Positions 14,101 through 26,439 are shown, counted from the stretch's first letter. The stretch is 64,000 nt of DNA from Bugula neritina (GCA_964035545.1 OZ037765.1:23311504-23375503); one strand, 5' to 3'. The notes: a model not told the origin generated them from the sequence alone. Made by a program: numbers and translations.

Positions 14101-14281
14101 TTCAAAATGTCAATTTGTTTTTTGCAATAACTTGAGTTTGGGTAGAGATAGAATTCTAGAGTTTGTAGATTCAGAATCAGCACAAAATTCTGATCTAAAA
14201 ACAAATTTCTTTGAGTGGCCACCTAGTAAAGTGTAATGAGCCAGTTTTTTGACCACGTTTTGGGAGGTTACTTCTAGACTA
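11101..14281 (+). mobile_element. Academ (AcademX-type) DNA transposon, internally deleted and degenerate
   Basis: TIRs TAGTCTAGAAGTAACCTCC / GGAGGTTACTTCTAGACTA with 5'-TAG...CTA-3' termini. XPG/FEN1-like nuclease remnants: DHEEAD (12331), DTDVF (12383), FHALTSCDST (13013) and LPPT...RADYQATIW (ORF 13086-13469). A Cys-rich finger (CSC..SC...RCGC...CTD..QC..C) follows at about 13470-13570. Confidence 0.8.
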
Positions 14282-15610
14282 TATACCAGTATACTATATT
14301 TCACTTGTCACTTGTCACTTGTCATAAAATATACCAGAAATAGACATTGCACTCAAAACAGCAATATTTGGAGGTAGGTTTCTAATAACTATAAATTATA
14401 TAAAATTATAAACATGGTGGTACACGCATAATCTAATTATGCATGCATGATATTTAATGAATTTATAACTTTTTAGAATATGTGGTAAACAACTGCAAAA
14501 TATATATTATACAAATCAGTCTTATAATCACTAGCTAATTTTATATATACTATATATAGTGCTCTTTGTGTTTTAAGATAAAAATATTAGATGAACAACT
14601 ATATGCTTGTCATGGCTATCATTTATATATACTAGTGCTGCATTTCTTGATTCAAAATTTTTAAAACCAAGAATTTAACAAGTTCAGAATCCTGAATGTA
14701 GTTCAGTGACATCTTTAGACACTCCAGAATTATCAATCAATTCAAAAAAGTGTTTGTTTGAAATGTCTTTAAATTCAGTTTTGATGCAAAATTTGCATTC
14801 AATATGTTCAGGACTTTGCTTTTCATAGCTTTTATAACTATAGCATCAAAATATGTAAAAATATAACTTGGCCATAGTATACAATTGCTTGGCTGGCATA
14901 TAGACCTGGCTCTCAGTGAGATATAGAAGGAGAAGGAGGGGGGAAGTATCCACGTCCTATATATGGCCATATTACAATATTTAATTTGAAATACAAATAT
15001 AGTAAATCAATAACTCAAATAATCAATTTAGCACACAGCATGTACCTATATAATGTAATTTACTTGTGAAATGTTATAACAGCTCATGTGGCATTATATA
15101 TGACATCATTGTGATTCATATTACATTGAGTAAAAAATAAATAATAAATATTATATATTATTTTATACCATCAATTGGCAGTTATTTCTTAAAATAAATA
15201 ATTTATTACTGTAATATAAGTGATATCATAATGAAACGCAGAGATTTTGTTTCAACTGCAGCTAGATATAATAGATGGTGTCTGAATATGTGCCTTTCAG
15301 CTTCTCTATAATATATACTTGCTAGGCAGTATTATATTCTTAAAATGCTGTAAATAATAACATGTTCAGTATCAAGTATTTCTTTTATATTCATTCATTC
15401 TATACAAGGAATTGCAGCAAACCTCAATTATGGAGAATAACGTATATTACTTAATCAAAAAGTTTACAGCACTCAGTTTATACCCTACCATGTTTATTAG
15501 TTACTGAAAATAACAGAACAGAAAATGCAGGGAACAGTAATACACTAGTTTATTTTGAAAAGAATATTTTCATCTGAACTTGATGTCAATCACAATTGCA
15601 ATTGAATTTG

Positions 15611-15633
15611 ATTGGCTGGCAGAAAGTATAAAA
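15611..15633 (+). promoter_or_regulatory. Core promoter of gene B: inverted CCAAT box plus TATA box
   Basis: ATTGG (15611) and TATAAAA (15627); ATG at 15721. The same arrangement precedes genes A, D and E. Confidence 0.65.
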
Positions 15634-15720
15634 ACCAAAGAGTTCCCTATATTCTACACTTGAGTCTGTGTTGTAGAACTTTATATTCTTGTAGTTTACT
15701 GCATAGAAATCACTGGAAAC

Positions 15721-17755
15721 ATGCAAGTGTATATTTTATTTACACTCTTGTTAGCAGCTTCCCTTCATGCAGTAAGTATTATAGAGTTATTCTAAAGAAG
15801 TTATCTATAGCACATTTGACAATTTGTATATCACCATGTTATATAGATAATCTTCTATAAGGTTCCTGCGTAAATTATTGATAAATATAGCTTTGACTGC
15901 AAAGAGCAAATAAAAATAATTTTTAATTTGAGTCATTGATATTATATACTTATTTAGCATATGGTAACATTGGTAAGAGTTAGCAACAAAATCAAACCAG
16001 GAATATTAATTATAGTAATAATACAGACATACTCTCAGATCACAAAGTGTGGCTGTCTGCCTGCTACCATATATTCCTGGTCTTAATTTAATTGACATGC
16101 TTTTATATATTATTAGAAAATTAATTAAAATGTAAAGTTTCAATCCTTAAAAATACAGTTGAATATGAAGATACTTGGAAAATAATTCTTTTGCTACTAT
16201 ATACTAGCTGTTGTATACTGTGGCCCATTGTGTTTACAGCTGGAATGTGATGTAGAGAAGTATTGTGAAAAGAGACTGAAGACAAAAACTATCTGTAAAC
16301 CTACATCATGCTTAGATTTGCTGTGCCTTGGTCATAATGAGACTGGTGTTTACACCATCTACCCTACAGGACATGCTGACTCTTCAATTGATGTCTTCTG
16401 TGACCAGGAAACTGATGGAGGTGGATGGACTGTGAGTATTATTCTACTAATGCATTGTAAATAAAGCCTATAATATATTATTATAATAGTTAATAAAAAT
16501 GACATATGCTGGATTGCAGCATGCACAAGTTTCCATTAAATGAGCTCGTGTATACATCACATATATAATAATACAATAAAGTTAAATCATATATGATTTT
16601 CTCTTTACAAATCTTTTGTTTAAATATGCCAAACAATATTTTTTGTAAACAAAACAAAATAAAAAAATGACTTACTTTAAAATGCCTAATTGGTTAGTGT
16701 ATAGTTGCTATATATTTCAAAGCTATTTTCAATGTTTACATGGTAGGTGTTTCAAAGAAGAATGGATGGTTCAGTAGATTTCTACAGAGTGTGGGATGAC
16801 TACAAACTAGGATTTGGTAATCTGAGTGGAGAGTTCTGGCTTGGAAATGACAACTTGGTAGCTGCTCTGCAAGCCGCTGACAACAATGAGTTGAGGGTTG
16901 ACCTTGAAAGTTTTGATGATGAAACAGCTTATGCTAAGTTCAGCAGCTTCAATGTTGGTGATGAATTGACTAAATATTTACTCTCAGTTTCTGGCTATTC
17001 TGGGACAGCAGGTAAGTCTTCACTAAAAATAAATTCTTTCAGTATATGTCCCCAACTTACCTATTGCCCGCCATTTTTAAAAGCTGCTGATTACTTTCAA
17101 TATGTCACCTTGTTCTTGTAAAACCCAATGAGTCCTAATATAATTATAGGAGTTGTAAACTTTTGTCGATGAATTAACAAAATTCAATTATAATATATTT
17201 TATATAGCCAATTATTTGAACGCTGTATAGCCATTATTTAATTTCAAGATATCAGTACTGAATCAACTCTTACTCTAAAAGCCATTATCTTACAGAATTG
17301 TTGGTAAAATCTGCTTAATAAGTTGTTGTATAAAACATGTTGATTTTGAAATGGACAATTGATCAATCTGTATTACAGTGTTTTTATTGTATAGCTAAAT
17401 ACACTTTCACGTTTAGACTGATAATAATTTATGTCTATTGTAGGCCTTTAAATATAGCTTTTCGACGGTGGTGTATAGTACTAATATTATTTCATTAATT
17501 TTTTTAGGAAACAGTTTTACTAATCACAGCGGGAAAAGATTTTCAACAAGAGATCGTGATAATGATGCTTACTCAGGTAGCTGTGCAGTTAGACATTATG
17601 GTGCCTGGTGGTATAACACCTGCATAGCTTCTAATTTGAATGGCAAGTACTACTACAGTGCTCAGAACACCCATATTGATGGTGTTGTTTGGGTCGAGTT
17701 CAAAGGTACATATCCTTTGAAGACAACAGAAATGAAGATTCGACCAAGTTTGTAA
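15721..17755 (+). CDS. Gene B: secreted fibrinogen-related (FReD) lectin-like protein, 251 aa, 4 exons, apparently intact
   Basis: Exons 15721-15771, 16240-16431, 16747-17011 and 17508-17755. Canonical splice sites, open frame, all FBG motifs present. Confidence 0.92.
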
Positions 17756-19149
17756 AGTTGGATGTTGCTTTAATCAATATACACCACTCATTGTAGTACA
17801 TATAACTCTTACTGTTTTGTTTTCCCAGCAATAAATTACCAATTTTGCAAAATTCAAACACTAAAGATTTGTTCATGTTCTATTTTTGAGTGGAGCAATT
17901 CCATATAACATAAGGCATGAAACATTAACAACTTTGCAGTCTATTAAATAATCTATTAGGCCTACGCAATATAAAAATGACTAAGAATTAGGTCTCTATA
18001 GACTGGACCACCTGCATGCAAGCCTCCAAAGTCTGCGAATTTTGACAATTGAGATATAAATTTTATACACTTTTCTGATTTGTCTGTGTAGGTCCTAAGT
18101 GTTCATATAATGTAGATCGGAAAGTAATATTATAAGCAATTGTCAGTGTGAAAGAAGTGGAAAAATATTGAATGTTTATACAATTAATACTGCATGAGTT
18201 GATGGGTTAGTTATTGCTGCAAAACTCTGTTTACTGTTGTAGTTTTTCAAATATATGATTACACGTATTAGACTCACATATGGCTAAGCATGTGAGATGG
18301 GCAAATTCATAGCCTGCATATGCTGAAGAACATAATTATACATAAGTTATAATACATCAAATAAAACCCTTGTGTGGTATTTCAATTGAGTTTTGCAGAA
18401 TTGGTAACTTTTCAATAACAGCTTTAGATGTATCAACAGTGATTTACAGCTATAAAAATATACATACATACATATAACATAGTAGGCTCCATGTTGATTC
18501 TATCATCAAAAAATACTCTAGTTGCATAGAACATGCAGTGTTGAGTAAGAGCAAGTTTATACTCTGCATTGCATCCTATTTTAGGTTAGATCTATATTTC
18601 ATAAAGTTCTATAAGATGCCCTCAAGAGATTATGATAATGGCTGAAACTAAAATCTTCCATGTTGTTTCTTATTCTTACTATTAGGCTAATTATTAGAAT
18701 AGCAAGTGCTTGAGTTGTGTTTATACCTGTAATACTGGTGGTGTTGGTAGAAAAACTTGAAAATCAATTTATATATTAACTCCAATGTGATAAAAAAGCT
18801 GTTTCATGAAAATTTCATGTTTTATTCTAATATCAATTATTTATCATATTGGACAAACCGTTTGAGAGTCTATAGAGTGTAACATGCTGCCTATCCTAAC
18901 TTTTAAGACGAACATCCAAAACTGTATTTGAGTTGTGTATCACATATTATAATAGCTATATAACTGTCATCCATGCATTTAGAGTGGGTTATAATGGGTA
19001 GTCTAGCTACAAATAACACACATAGTGGTGACAATTTATGCAACAAAACAACCGATAGTAAACAAAACTGTAACTCATTCACCCAAGAAAACTAAAACAT
19101 CGAAATCTTTCAAGTGCCAAATCGAAACATCAAAACAAATAAACAAAAT

Positions 19150-19660
19150 AAAAAATTTTTCGGCTCAAGATTTTAAAGAATGTGTAACAGATAAAGAAAA
19201 GGCTTCTGTAGAAGATAAAGCATTTTTGTTTTTCATGACACAAAAAAAACAAAAATCATTGATCGTCATTTCACCATGCCTCTACCTTTCAAACGCAAAC
19301 CACCACGAAAACAACAGCTTTAAAACTGCAAAAACCCGGTTCAACTCGCTGCTGAAAAAGTTCTCTAAGAACCAAAACTTAGAAAACCGGTACAAAAAGT
19401 TCATGGAAGACCTCATTAGCAAGGGTGAAGCTGAAATAGTCTCACAAGACGCAGCAAGCTATGGGGGCAGCACATGATACATATTAAATTTTGAGGTATG
19501 GCATTCGAAGAAGCCAGGCAAGATTAGAGTGGTTTTTGAGAGTGCTGCAAATACAGATGAAAAGTGCATAAACGACTATCTCATGACAGGTCCAGATTAC
19601 CTAAACAGTCTCATTGGTATCCTCCGCCGCTTCCACCAAAAACAAATTGCTGTTACAACT
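19150..19660 (+). mobile_element. BEL/Pao pol fragment (RT N-terminal region), degenerate
   Basis: YKKFMEDLISKGEAE...KKPGKIRVVFESAA...CINDYLMTGPDYLNSLIGILRRF...IAV is a diagnostic BEL/Pao RT start; internal stop at 19475. Confidence 0.85.
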
Positions 19661-19865
19661 GCGGATGGTGTTGACAGATGAGGCCAAACCCTATAGGTTA
19701 GGACCCGACGTCAACAGCATATTTGTTGCACTACGGGCTCTATTTGGCATCTCGGCTGTAGAAGCCCGAGTTCGCTTACAAGGGTTGCGGCGCGACCCAC
19801 GCACTTCCCTACAGGAACACGCCACCACGGTTAGACGGTTAGCACAAATTGCGTATACTGATACT
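19660..19865 (+). mobile_element. Ty3/Gypsy-type gag fragment fused to the BEL fragment
   Basis: GC-richer block: LRALFGISAVEARVRLQGLRRDPRTSLQEHATTVRRLAQIAY resembles the capsid C-terminal/MHR-like region of a retrotransposon Gag. Confidence 0.6.
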
Positions 19866-20059
19866 TATGAATGAAGAATGGCTAACTAAACCTGGGCACC
19901 CACCCAGCATTTATTGTTACTCTTGGTGTCATTGCAGTTCTCCAATCAGATTTGATAAATGGGGTGGAGCTTAGTAGTGTGACCCGAATAGACTGGCATA
20001 TACTCAACTATTGTGACGTGTACACAAGTGCTAGTGAGTCAGAATCAGGCGCAAAAGCA

Positions 20060-20365
20060 AGACAGTAATAAGGGTATGAGAGAGAATAATAAGCATAAGA
20101 GAATGAATAATGTCTATAACAGAGCAAATAATAGGGGTATGAGAGTGCATAATGTAGGTATGGCACTGAATAATGAGCATAAAAGGAAGAGAAATAAGGG
20201 TATGGGAATGAATAATGACAGTATGAGACCAAATAATAGACCTAAGAGCACAAAAAATAAGGGTATGAGAGCAAATTATAGACCAATGAGAGCATTTTGT
20301 GAGCATATGAGAGAGAATAATGGTTAGATACTTTATTATAAGCATATGAGATGCAATAATAGGGA
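20060..20365 (+). repeat. Degenerate ~21-bp minisatellite (AATAATAAGGGTATGAGAG-like)
   Basis: Recurrent AATAATAA...TATGAGA units; they generate low-complexity ORFs on both strands. Confidence 0.7.
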
Positions 20366-20589
20366 ATTTTTGACCATTTGGCACTCCATAGTCTGCCTGC
20401 TGTCATTTATTCCTGGTTTTATTTTAATTGCTGCTTGAAATTGACATGTTTTTATATATTATTAGAAAATTAATTAAAATGTAAAGTTTCAATCCTTAAA
20501 AATACAGTTGAATATGAAGATATTTAGAAGATAATTTTTTTTGCTACTATATACTAGCTGTAGTATACTGTGGCCCATTGTGTTTACAG

Positions 20590-22463
20590 CTGGAATGTGA
20601 TGTAGAGAAGTATTGTGAAGAAAGACTGAAAACGAAAACTCTCTGTAAGCCTACATCATGCCTAGATTTGCTGTGTCTTGGTCATAATGAGACTGGTGTT
20701 TACACAATCTACCCTACAGGACATGCTGACTCTTCTGTGACCAGGAAACTGATGGAGGTGGATGGATTGTAAGTATTATCCTACTATATAATCACTGTAA
20801 ATAACTCATCTAATGTATTATTATAGTGGTTTAAATAACAATGATATACGCTGGATTTAAGGAAGCACCATTTTCGATTGCATTGTAATAGTTTATTCAC
20901 AATTATAGCTTTGATATGCTGGACCTAATTTTTTACATACACAAATTAACATACTAAACATTAACATAATATGCTGTAAATACATGGGAAAACTTCACCT
21001 TGAGTTGCCTATTAACTTGTAATAATTATAGCTGTTTGCTGCCAAAACATATTTCTCACCTTCAATAAATGGTAGGTGTTCCAAAGAAGAATGGATGGCT
21101 CAGTAGATTTCTACAGAGACTGGAACAACTACAAACTAGGATTTGGTAATCTGAGTGGAGAGTTCTGGCTTGGAAATGACAAGCTGGTAGCTGCTCTGCA
21201 AGCCGCTGACAACAACGTGTTGAGGGTTGACCTTGAAAGTTTTGCTGATGAAACAGCCTATGCTAAATATAGCAGCTTCAATGTTGGTGATGAATCTACT
21301 AAATACATACTTTCAATTTCTGGCTATACTGGGACAGCAGGTAAGCCTAGGGCCACACGGTGCGTATTTTCGCATGCGAAAATTGAAATCACAAGTAGCA
21401 AAGGTGTCCACTGTGCGCGTTGAGAAAACCTTCGCACTTGTCGCTCTGCATTTTCAACGCAAGTGCGAATCGTCTCTGTCGTCGTCACCTAATTGGCTGG
21501 TAGCTATTCAGCGAGCCCAATTTCTTTATTTAGTGCTATATTCCAGTAAATTGCGTTTTATTGAAAGCGAGTGCGATTTAAAAATGAAAGTTTTATTTAT
21601 CACGCATCACTGACGCTACAGTGGACACCTTTGCTACTCGTGATTTTAATTTTCGCATGCGAAAATACGCACAGTGTGGCCCTAGGCTAAGTCTCTGTTG
21701 AGAGTATAAAAACTACCAATAAATATCATCAACTCGCCCAATACATGCTATTCTCCAAACTTTCTGGATATCTTCAATAAATTGGCTATTTCACATTGTA
21801 CCTTTCAATGCTGATAACATTTAATTTAAATAAGCGTTGTCAACTTATGGTTTCAATTGATAAACTTCAATTTACACATATTTTGTAGTTCATAAAGTTA
21901 AAATTTAATCACTATAAATTAAAGAAAAGATATTGGCACTTTGGTAACACTATAAGTATAGTATCTTTTACTATAAAGACTGTTGCATGCTTCCCAAACA
22001 TTCTATAAGTGAAATTTGGTAATAACCCGTAACAGTGTAACTGATAGAAGTTAATAGCATATATAAGATTAGGTTGAATGTATCTTAAAATTAGTAACAA
22101 TTACATTTTATATTGCATAACATGTTACAAGTTAACAAATTTTTTCAACCCATAAACCTCCAAACTATCCTACTATAATAATTATATTATTATATAACAT
22201 TGGATTTTTCAGGGGACAGTCTTATCACCAAACACAATGGATTCAGATTTTCAACGACCGATCGAGATTATGATGCATACAAAACAAAATGCACAGATAA
22301 TCATCATGGCTCTTGGTGGTATAATACATGCAGAGATTCTAACTTGAATGGCAGGTACTACTATGATGCCCAGAACAACAATATAGACTCTGTGAATTGG
22401 AGATCCTGGAAAGAGAATTATGCTCTGAAGGCAACAGAAATGAAATTCCGAGCAAGTTTTTAA
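20590..22463 (+). pseudogene. Gene C: fibrinogen-related pseudogene (exon 1 lost, 13-nt deletion in exon 2)
   Basis: Exon 2 is 20590-20768 (179 nt instead of 192; deletion between TCTTC direct repeats causes a frameshift). Exons 21076-21340 and 22213-22463 are open. Upstream of about 20390, the intron-1 homology is replaced by TE debris. Confidence 0.88.
21345..21687. mobile_element. PIF/Harbinger-like MITE, 343 bp
   Basis: TIRs of about 65 bp (GCCTAGGGCCACAC..TGCGTATTTTCGCATGCGAAAATT..AGCAAAGGTGTCCACTGT). TAA target-site duplication at 21342-21344 and 21688-21690. Confidence 0.9.
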
Positions 22464-23799
22464 AATGGAGTGAATTTTCATAAACAAATTTCATACATAA
22501 TAAATTTTATTATTATGTTTTCTCAGCAATAAATTACATTTTGCAAAAGTTAAACACTAAAGTTTTTTGATGTTTTCTTTTTAGGTAAATTTCTATGAAA
22601 TTCAACAAGCATGCAATCTAATAGATAATCTAGCTATGATAAAAGCTGATTATATACATATGTGCATTTGCCCTTTGCATGTAAGTCCTATTTAATTAGT
22701 AAAGTCACCAGATGGCATGCAATTTTCATTAACAAAGTCACCATGCAGATTGCATGCAATATTTCAGACTGCATGTTGAAAAAACTTAATAAAACTTACT
22801 GCATAAAGATGCACTGCTTGGAATATTCAGTTAATGCTTCTGGCAAATATTGCTTTTTAGGCGATATAATTATTAACATATGAGTATGTCATATAATCGC
22901 CAAAGTCATATCTAAATAACGATGTTTACAAGGAGCTATTACTCCTTTTGAGTATTATTCTGAAATCGGCCGATCAAGTTATCATAGCACAAAAATTTTT
23001 ACTAGTGGCTTTTGCAATGCAATGCAACTCGGAGAAATTTCAACCCGGCCAAATTGAATTTCTGACTGAAAATCAAGAAGGTATAAAGGCAACTTTACTG
23101 CAAAGGCTATTGCCGACATTTTATTAGATCTTGTTTAATTCTAACTATATAATAGTAGTTTGATTAAATGTATATATATATATATATAGTCAATTTGAAG
23201 AATGATATAGTTATCTGCATCTCACAGTGTGAGAACAGAGGTATGTGTATTTTACTGCTAATGTAAATCGTATCTTTTTTATGTTATTACTGTGAAATGT
23301 TGCAATATTTAGATTTTTTATATATTTGTTAAATTTACTTTAGTGCTGGTTCTGTTGTATACATCTTATGTTTTGTTTTTACAGTTTTCACAAGTTTTCA
23401 AAGGGTAAACAAAGGATTAAGAAAGGATAAATAAATGGGTAATAAAGTTATATCAAATCAAACATATAAACCCTGTCGAGACTCGGTTTGGCTTTGAGGG
23501 GCAGATACAATATAATATTATATATGCAACGTATGCAACCTTTGGTTTTATATTTGATTTGAATATAAATTATCATGTAAATTTACAGCCATTCATTCAT
23601 ATATACCTAAATTTGTATTTAATCACTATATTTTCTAATGAAAAACTTCCTCATCAGTTATTTTACGACATTTCTGCATCAAACTGAAGTTGTTCACCCA
23701 TTTTCTAGTTCAACTATTGTATAAATTACTCTAAACTGCCAATTCTCTTTAACATAAATATTTTAACATGCAAATTAATTGTGATGTATATATAATATA

Positions 23800-26439
23800 T
23801 GTAGTGTTAACCTACCAGGCTAAGCTCCAGCTCCAGAGTGTTCCTTGTTGGCTTTCCTTCGGCTATCACTTGTCAGTAGCTTTAGTACTTGTTAGCTTGT
23901 AGCTTGTCAACATCAGATCATCTTACATGCCCCCTCCTTACAAAAGAGAAGCAGGGCACAAGAGCACATTTTCAGAATACCAGAACACATATCTATATTA
24001 TCATCATCATGATGCTAATAATTCCACATGCCCTTTTCTTTTAAAAGAGAAGTGCAATCAATTCAAACAAAACTAGCTTTCAACTAATGCCCTTGAATAC
24101 TTAAACTTATTATGAAGTGGTTCAAAGTGGCTCAGTCCTAGATGTCGAATCCCACCTCCTCTCATTGCTAGCACTGTTGGGAAGAACAACGCCAAATTTG
24201 ACATTTATCATATTATCTGAAAGTGAAGTAGCAGCAAGGGTCAAGGCTGACTTCTCTTGCTAGCTTGCAGAGTCTTCTATGAGTTAAACTAAGGAACTCA
24301 CAGGAGCAGACAACATTATTAGCAATGTTGATGATGTCATGTCAGTCCGGAGGTCAAACCTCACATTTATCATATTATCTGAAAGTGAGATGTCGAGGGT
24401 CTGCATATAGACTACACTCGGCTCACACCCCGTGAAGCAACAGCGAGGGTCACAACTGACTTCTCTCGTCGGCTTACAGAGTCTTCCATGAGTTAAACTC
24501 ACGGGAGCAGACAACATTGTTGGTAACTGCTTCTGCCTGTCATTCCATAGTATTCCACTGCAATAATATGTTTATATCATTACAGTGAACATCAATACAC
24601 TTTTCCATATCTACAACACACATGTATCATTTTATATCAACATTGCAGATCCAGCAATTTTAACCTAGTAATATCAGCTATACCAAGCAAATTTTCAGTA
24701 GAGTTTGCCAATACATAAATCTTGGTATCCACAAATCTGTTGAAGTCGCCAATGCAAACCTTAGCTCTGCCTAGCACATTCACCAAAGACTTATCAACAC
24801 CTGTAATATGCTTATCTGGTTCCTTTAATTTAATGTTCAACTTTTCTGCAGTCGCCTCAGTAAGTGTAGAAACCTCAGACCCAGTATCTAGCAAGAATTC
24901 TACACGCCTACCACTAACTAGTAAAGTCCTTGTTATTTTAGGACTGACATTGTGATTATAAGTCACATCACTCTTTTTAGAAAACTTCACTGATTTGAAG
25001 GAGTCCATAACTCCGATCCTGTTTTCTCTTTGTTCCACATATCTCTTTTTGTGATGGTATCTTTCGTTATCAGAACAATCTTGAGCAATGTGGCCGAATT
25101 CCTTGCACATGTAGCAACGGGTTTTAGGGCAGTTTCTCACATAATGTCCTGTACGGTCACATCTAAAGCATCTACCATGACTTTTGTAAGCATTTTGCGA
25201 TTTATAAATACAATGTTGATATGAATTACATGCCTCCTTTTTCTTTGAAAAAGAGTTGTCTCTATTGATAGAAGTTATCTTATCATAATTAGATCTATGT
25301 AGGACTTTATCTCTTTTCTTACAATGTTCTGAGTTACCATTAGCTTGGTAAGAATATGTGAGTCTACCAATTGACTGTTCATCTATGCATTCATTGTTTA
25401 TTGCATTTAAAGCATCCTCAGAAAGTTTACTTAAATGTGCAGCACGACTTTTTCTTTTCAGCTGTTCCCAGCTTAGGTTAGCATGCTGCAACAAATGTCT
25501 ACGTAATCCTGCATTTCTTAAACCATTAACTGCTAGTGCAACTGCAAATCCCATTCTAACATCATCATTATTGCCAAAGTTTATTGCTCTACTTAGCTTC
25601 TCAACTCTTAGCAAATAATCAATTTCGTTTTCTCCACAAGCTTGGGTCACAGTGACAAACTTCATGGTTTTCACATAAAATGTATCATCTCTATCATAGT
25701 GAGATTGCAGTAAGTCTAAGGCTAACTCATATCCATCATCAGAGTTATTATTCAAATCAAAACCTAATGACTGTAAAGTATCAAGACCTTCTGACCCTAC
25801 AGCTCCTAACAGAGCTAAAAGCTTTCTCCTACCTCTAAATCTGCTAACCTGTTCATCCCCTACTACTTCAAACCCTGCATTAAGGGAAGTAACTTCTATA
25901 CTCAATTTAAATTGAATGAGCCATGAGTTCCAAGATTTGGTTATGTTGCTTTCATCCAACTTTAATTTAGGAAAAGTATTAAGGTCTAATTTGATGTCTT
26001 CATGAGCCATACTACACTTGAGCAGTTTTAATAGAGTAAATAAAACAATTTAATTTTAAGCAGCTATCTCGTGATTATGCACTGTACTCTCAGTTCCAAT
26101 CTCTGGGCGCATCCGTGTCTCTCAAAGTTTAATTCTCAGTTCCTTTCGCAGTCACTCTTATTCTGAATCTATCAGTATTCTTTATAAATTGCTCAAAAGT
26201 CAACACTCACCACCTTTCTCAACAAGCCTCTCAACTCTTTTTTTCCAAATATAAACCTCTGAAGTCTAGTGAACTCCAAACAGCACACTTCTCTCTTTTG
26301 TAACTCTTGTCTCCTCAATACCCTGCTGACTGCGCCATGTAGTGTTAACCTACCAGGCTAAGCTCCAGCTCCAGAGTGTTCCTTGTTGGCTTTCCTTCGG
26401 CTATCACTTGTCAGTAGCTTTAGTACTTGTTAGCTTGTA
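23800..26439 (-). mobile_element. Non-autonomous Gag-protease LTR retroelement, copy 1
   Basis: 3' LTR 23800-23927 (128 bp). 5' LTR 26338-26439 (outer 26 bp lost). PBS TGGCGCAGTCAGCAGG and PPT AGGAGGGGG present. Single ORF with no RT, RH or IN. Confidence 0.92.
24637..26010 (-). CDS. Gag-aspartic protease polyprotein (457 aa) of LTR element copy 1
   Basis: Gypsy-type Gag N-terminus, two CCHC knuckles (CFRCDRTGHYVRNC, CYMCKEFGHIAQDC), retropepsin LLDTGS...NLLG, then a stop. Confidence 0.9.
   Translation of the reverse strand: MAHEDIKLDLNTFPKLKLDESNITKSWNSWLIQFKLSIEVTSLNAGFEVVGDEQVSRFRGRRKLLALLGAVGSEGLDTLQSLGFDLNNNSDDGYELALDLLQSHYDRDDTFYVKTMKFVTVTQACGENEIDYLLRVEKLSRAINFGNNDDVRMGFAVALAVNGLRNAGLRRHLLQHANLSWEQLKRKSRAAHLSKLSEDALNAINNECIDEQSIGRLTYSYQANGNSEHCKKRDKVLHRSNYDKITSINRDNSFSKKKEACNSYQHCIYKSQNAYKSHGRCFRCDRTGHYVRNCPKTRCYMCKEFGHIAQDCSDNERYHHKKRYVEQRENRIGVMDSFKSVKFSKKSDVTYNHNVSPKITRTLLVSGRRVEFLLDTGSEVSTLTEATAEKLNIKLKEPDKHITGVDKSLVNVLGRAKVCIGDFNRFVDTKIYVLANSTENLLGIADITRLKLLDLQC

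Noticed and set aside
15612-15860. Cys-containing ORFs upstream of each lectin gene (15612, 42237, 59488) as a PAN-like N-terminal domain
   Set aside because: They run through the CCAAT/TATA promoter and 5' UTR in another frame and are not kept open in A. The real exon 1 is the 51-nt signal-peptide exon.
18878-19030. Possible 5' LTR and PBS for the BEL fragment
   Set aside because: No partner LTR and no convincing PBS; Gag is missing between it and the RT fragment.
20008-20384. Repetitive ORFs, or a CRISPR-like array
   Set aside because: Degenerate minisatellite with no unique spacers, in a eukaryotic context.
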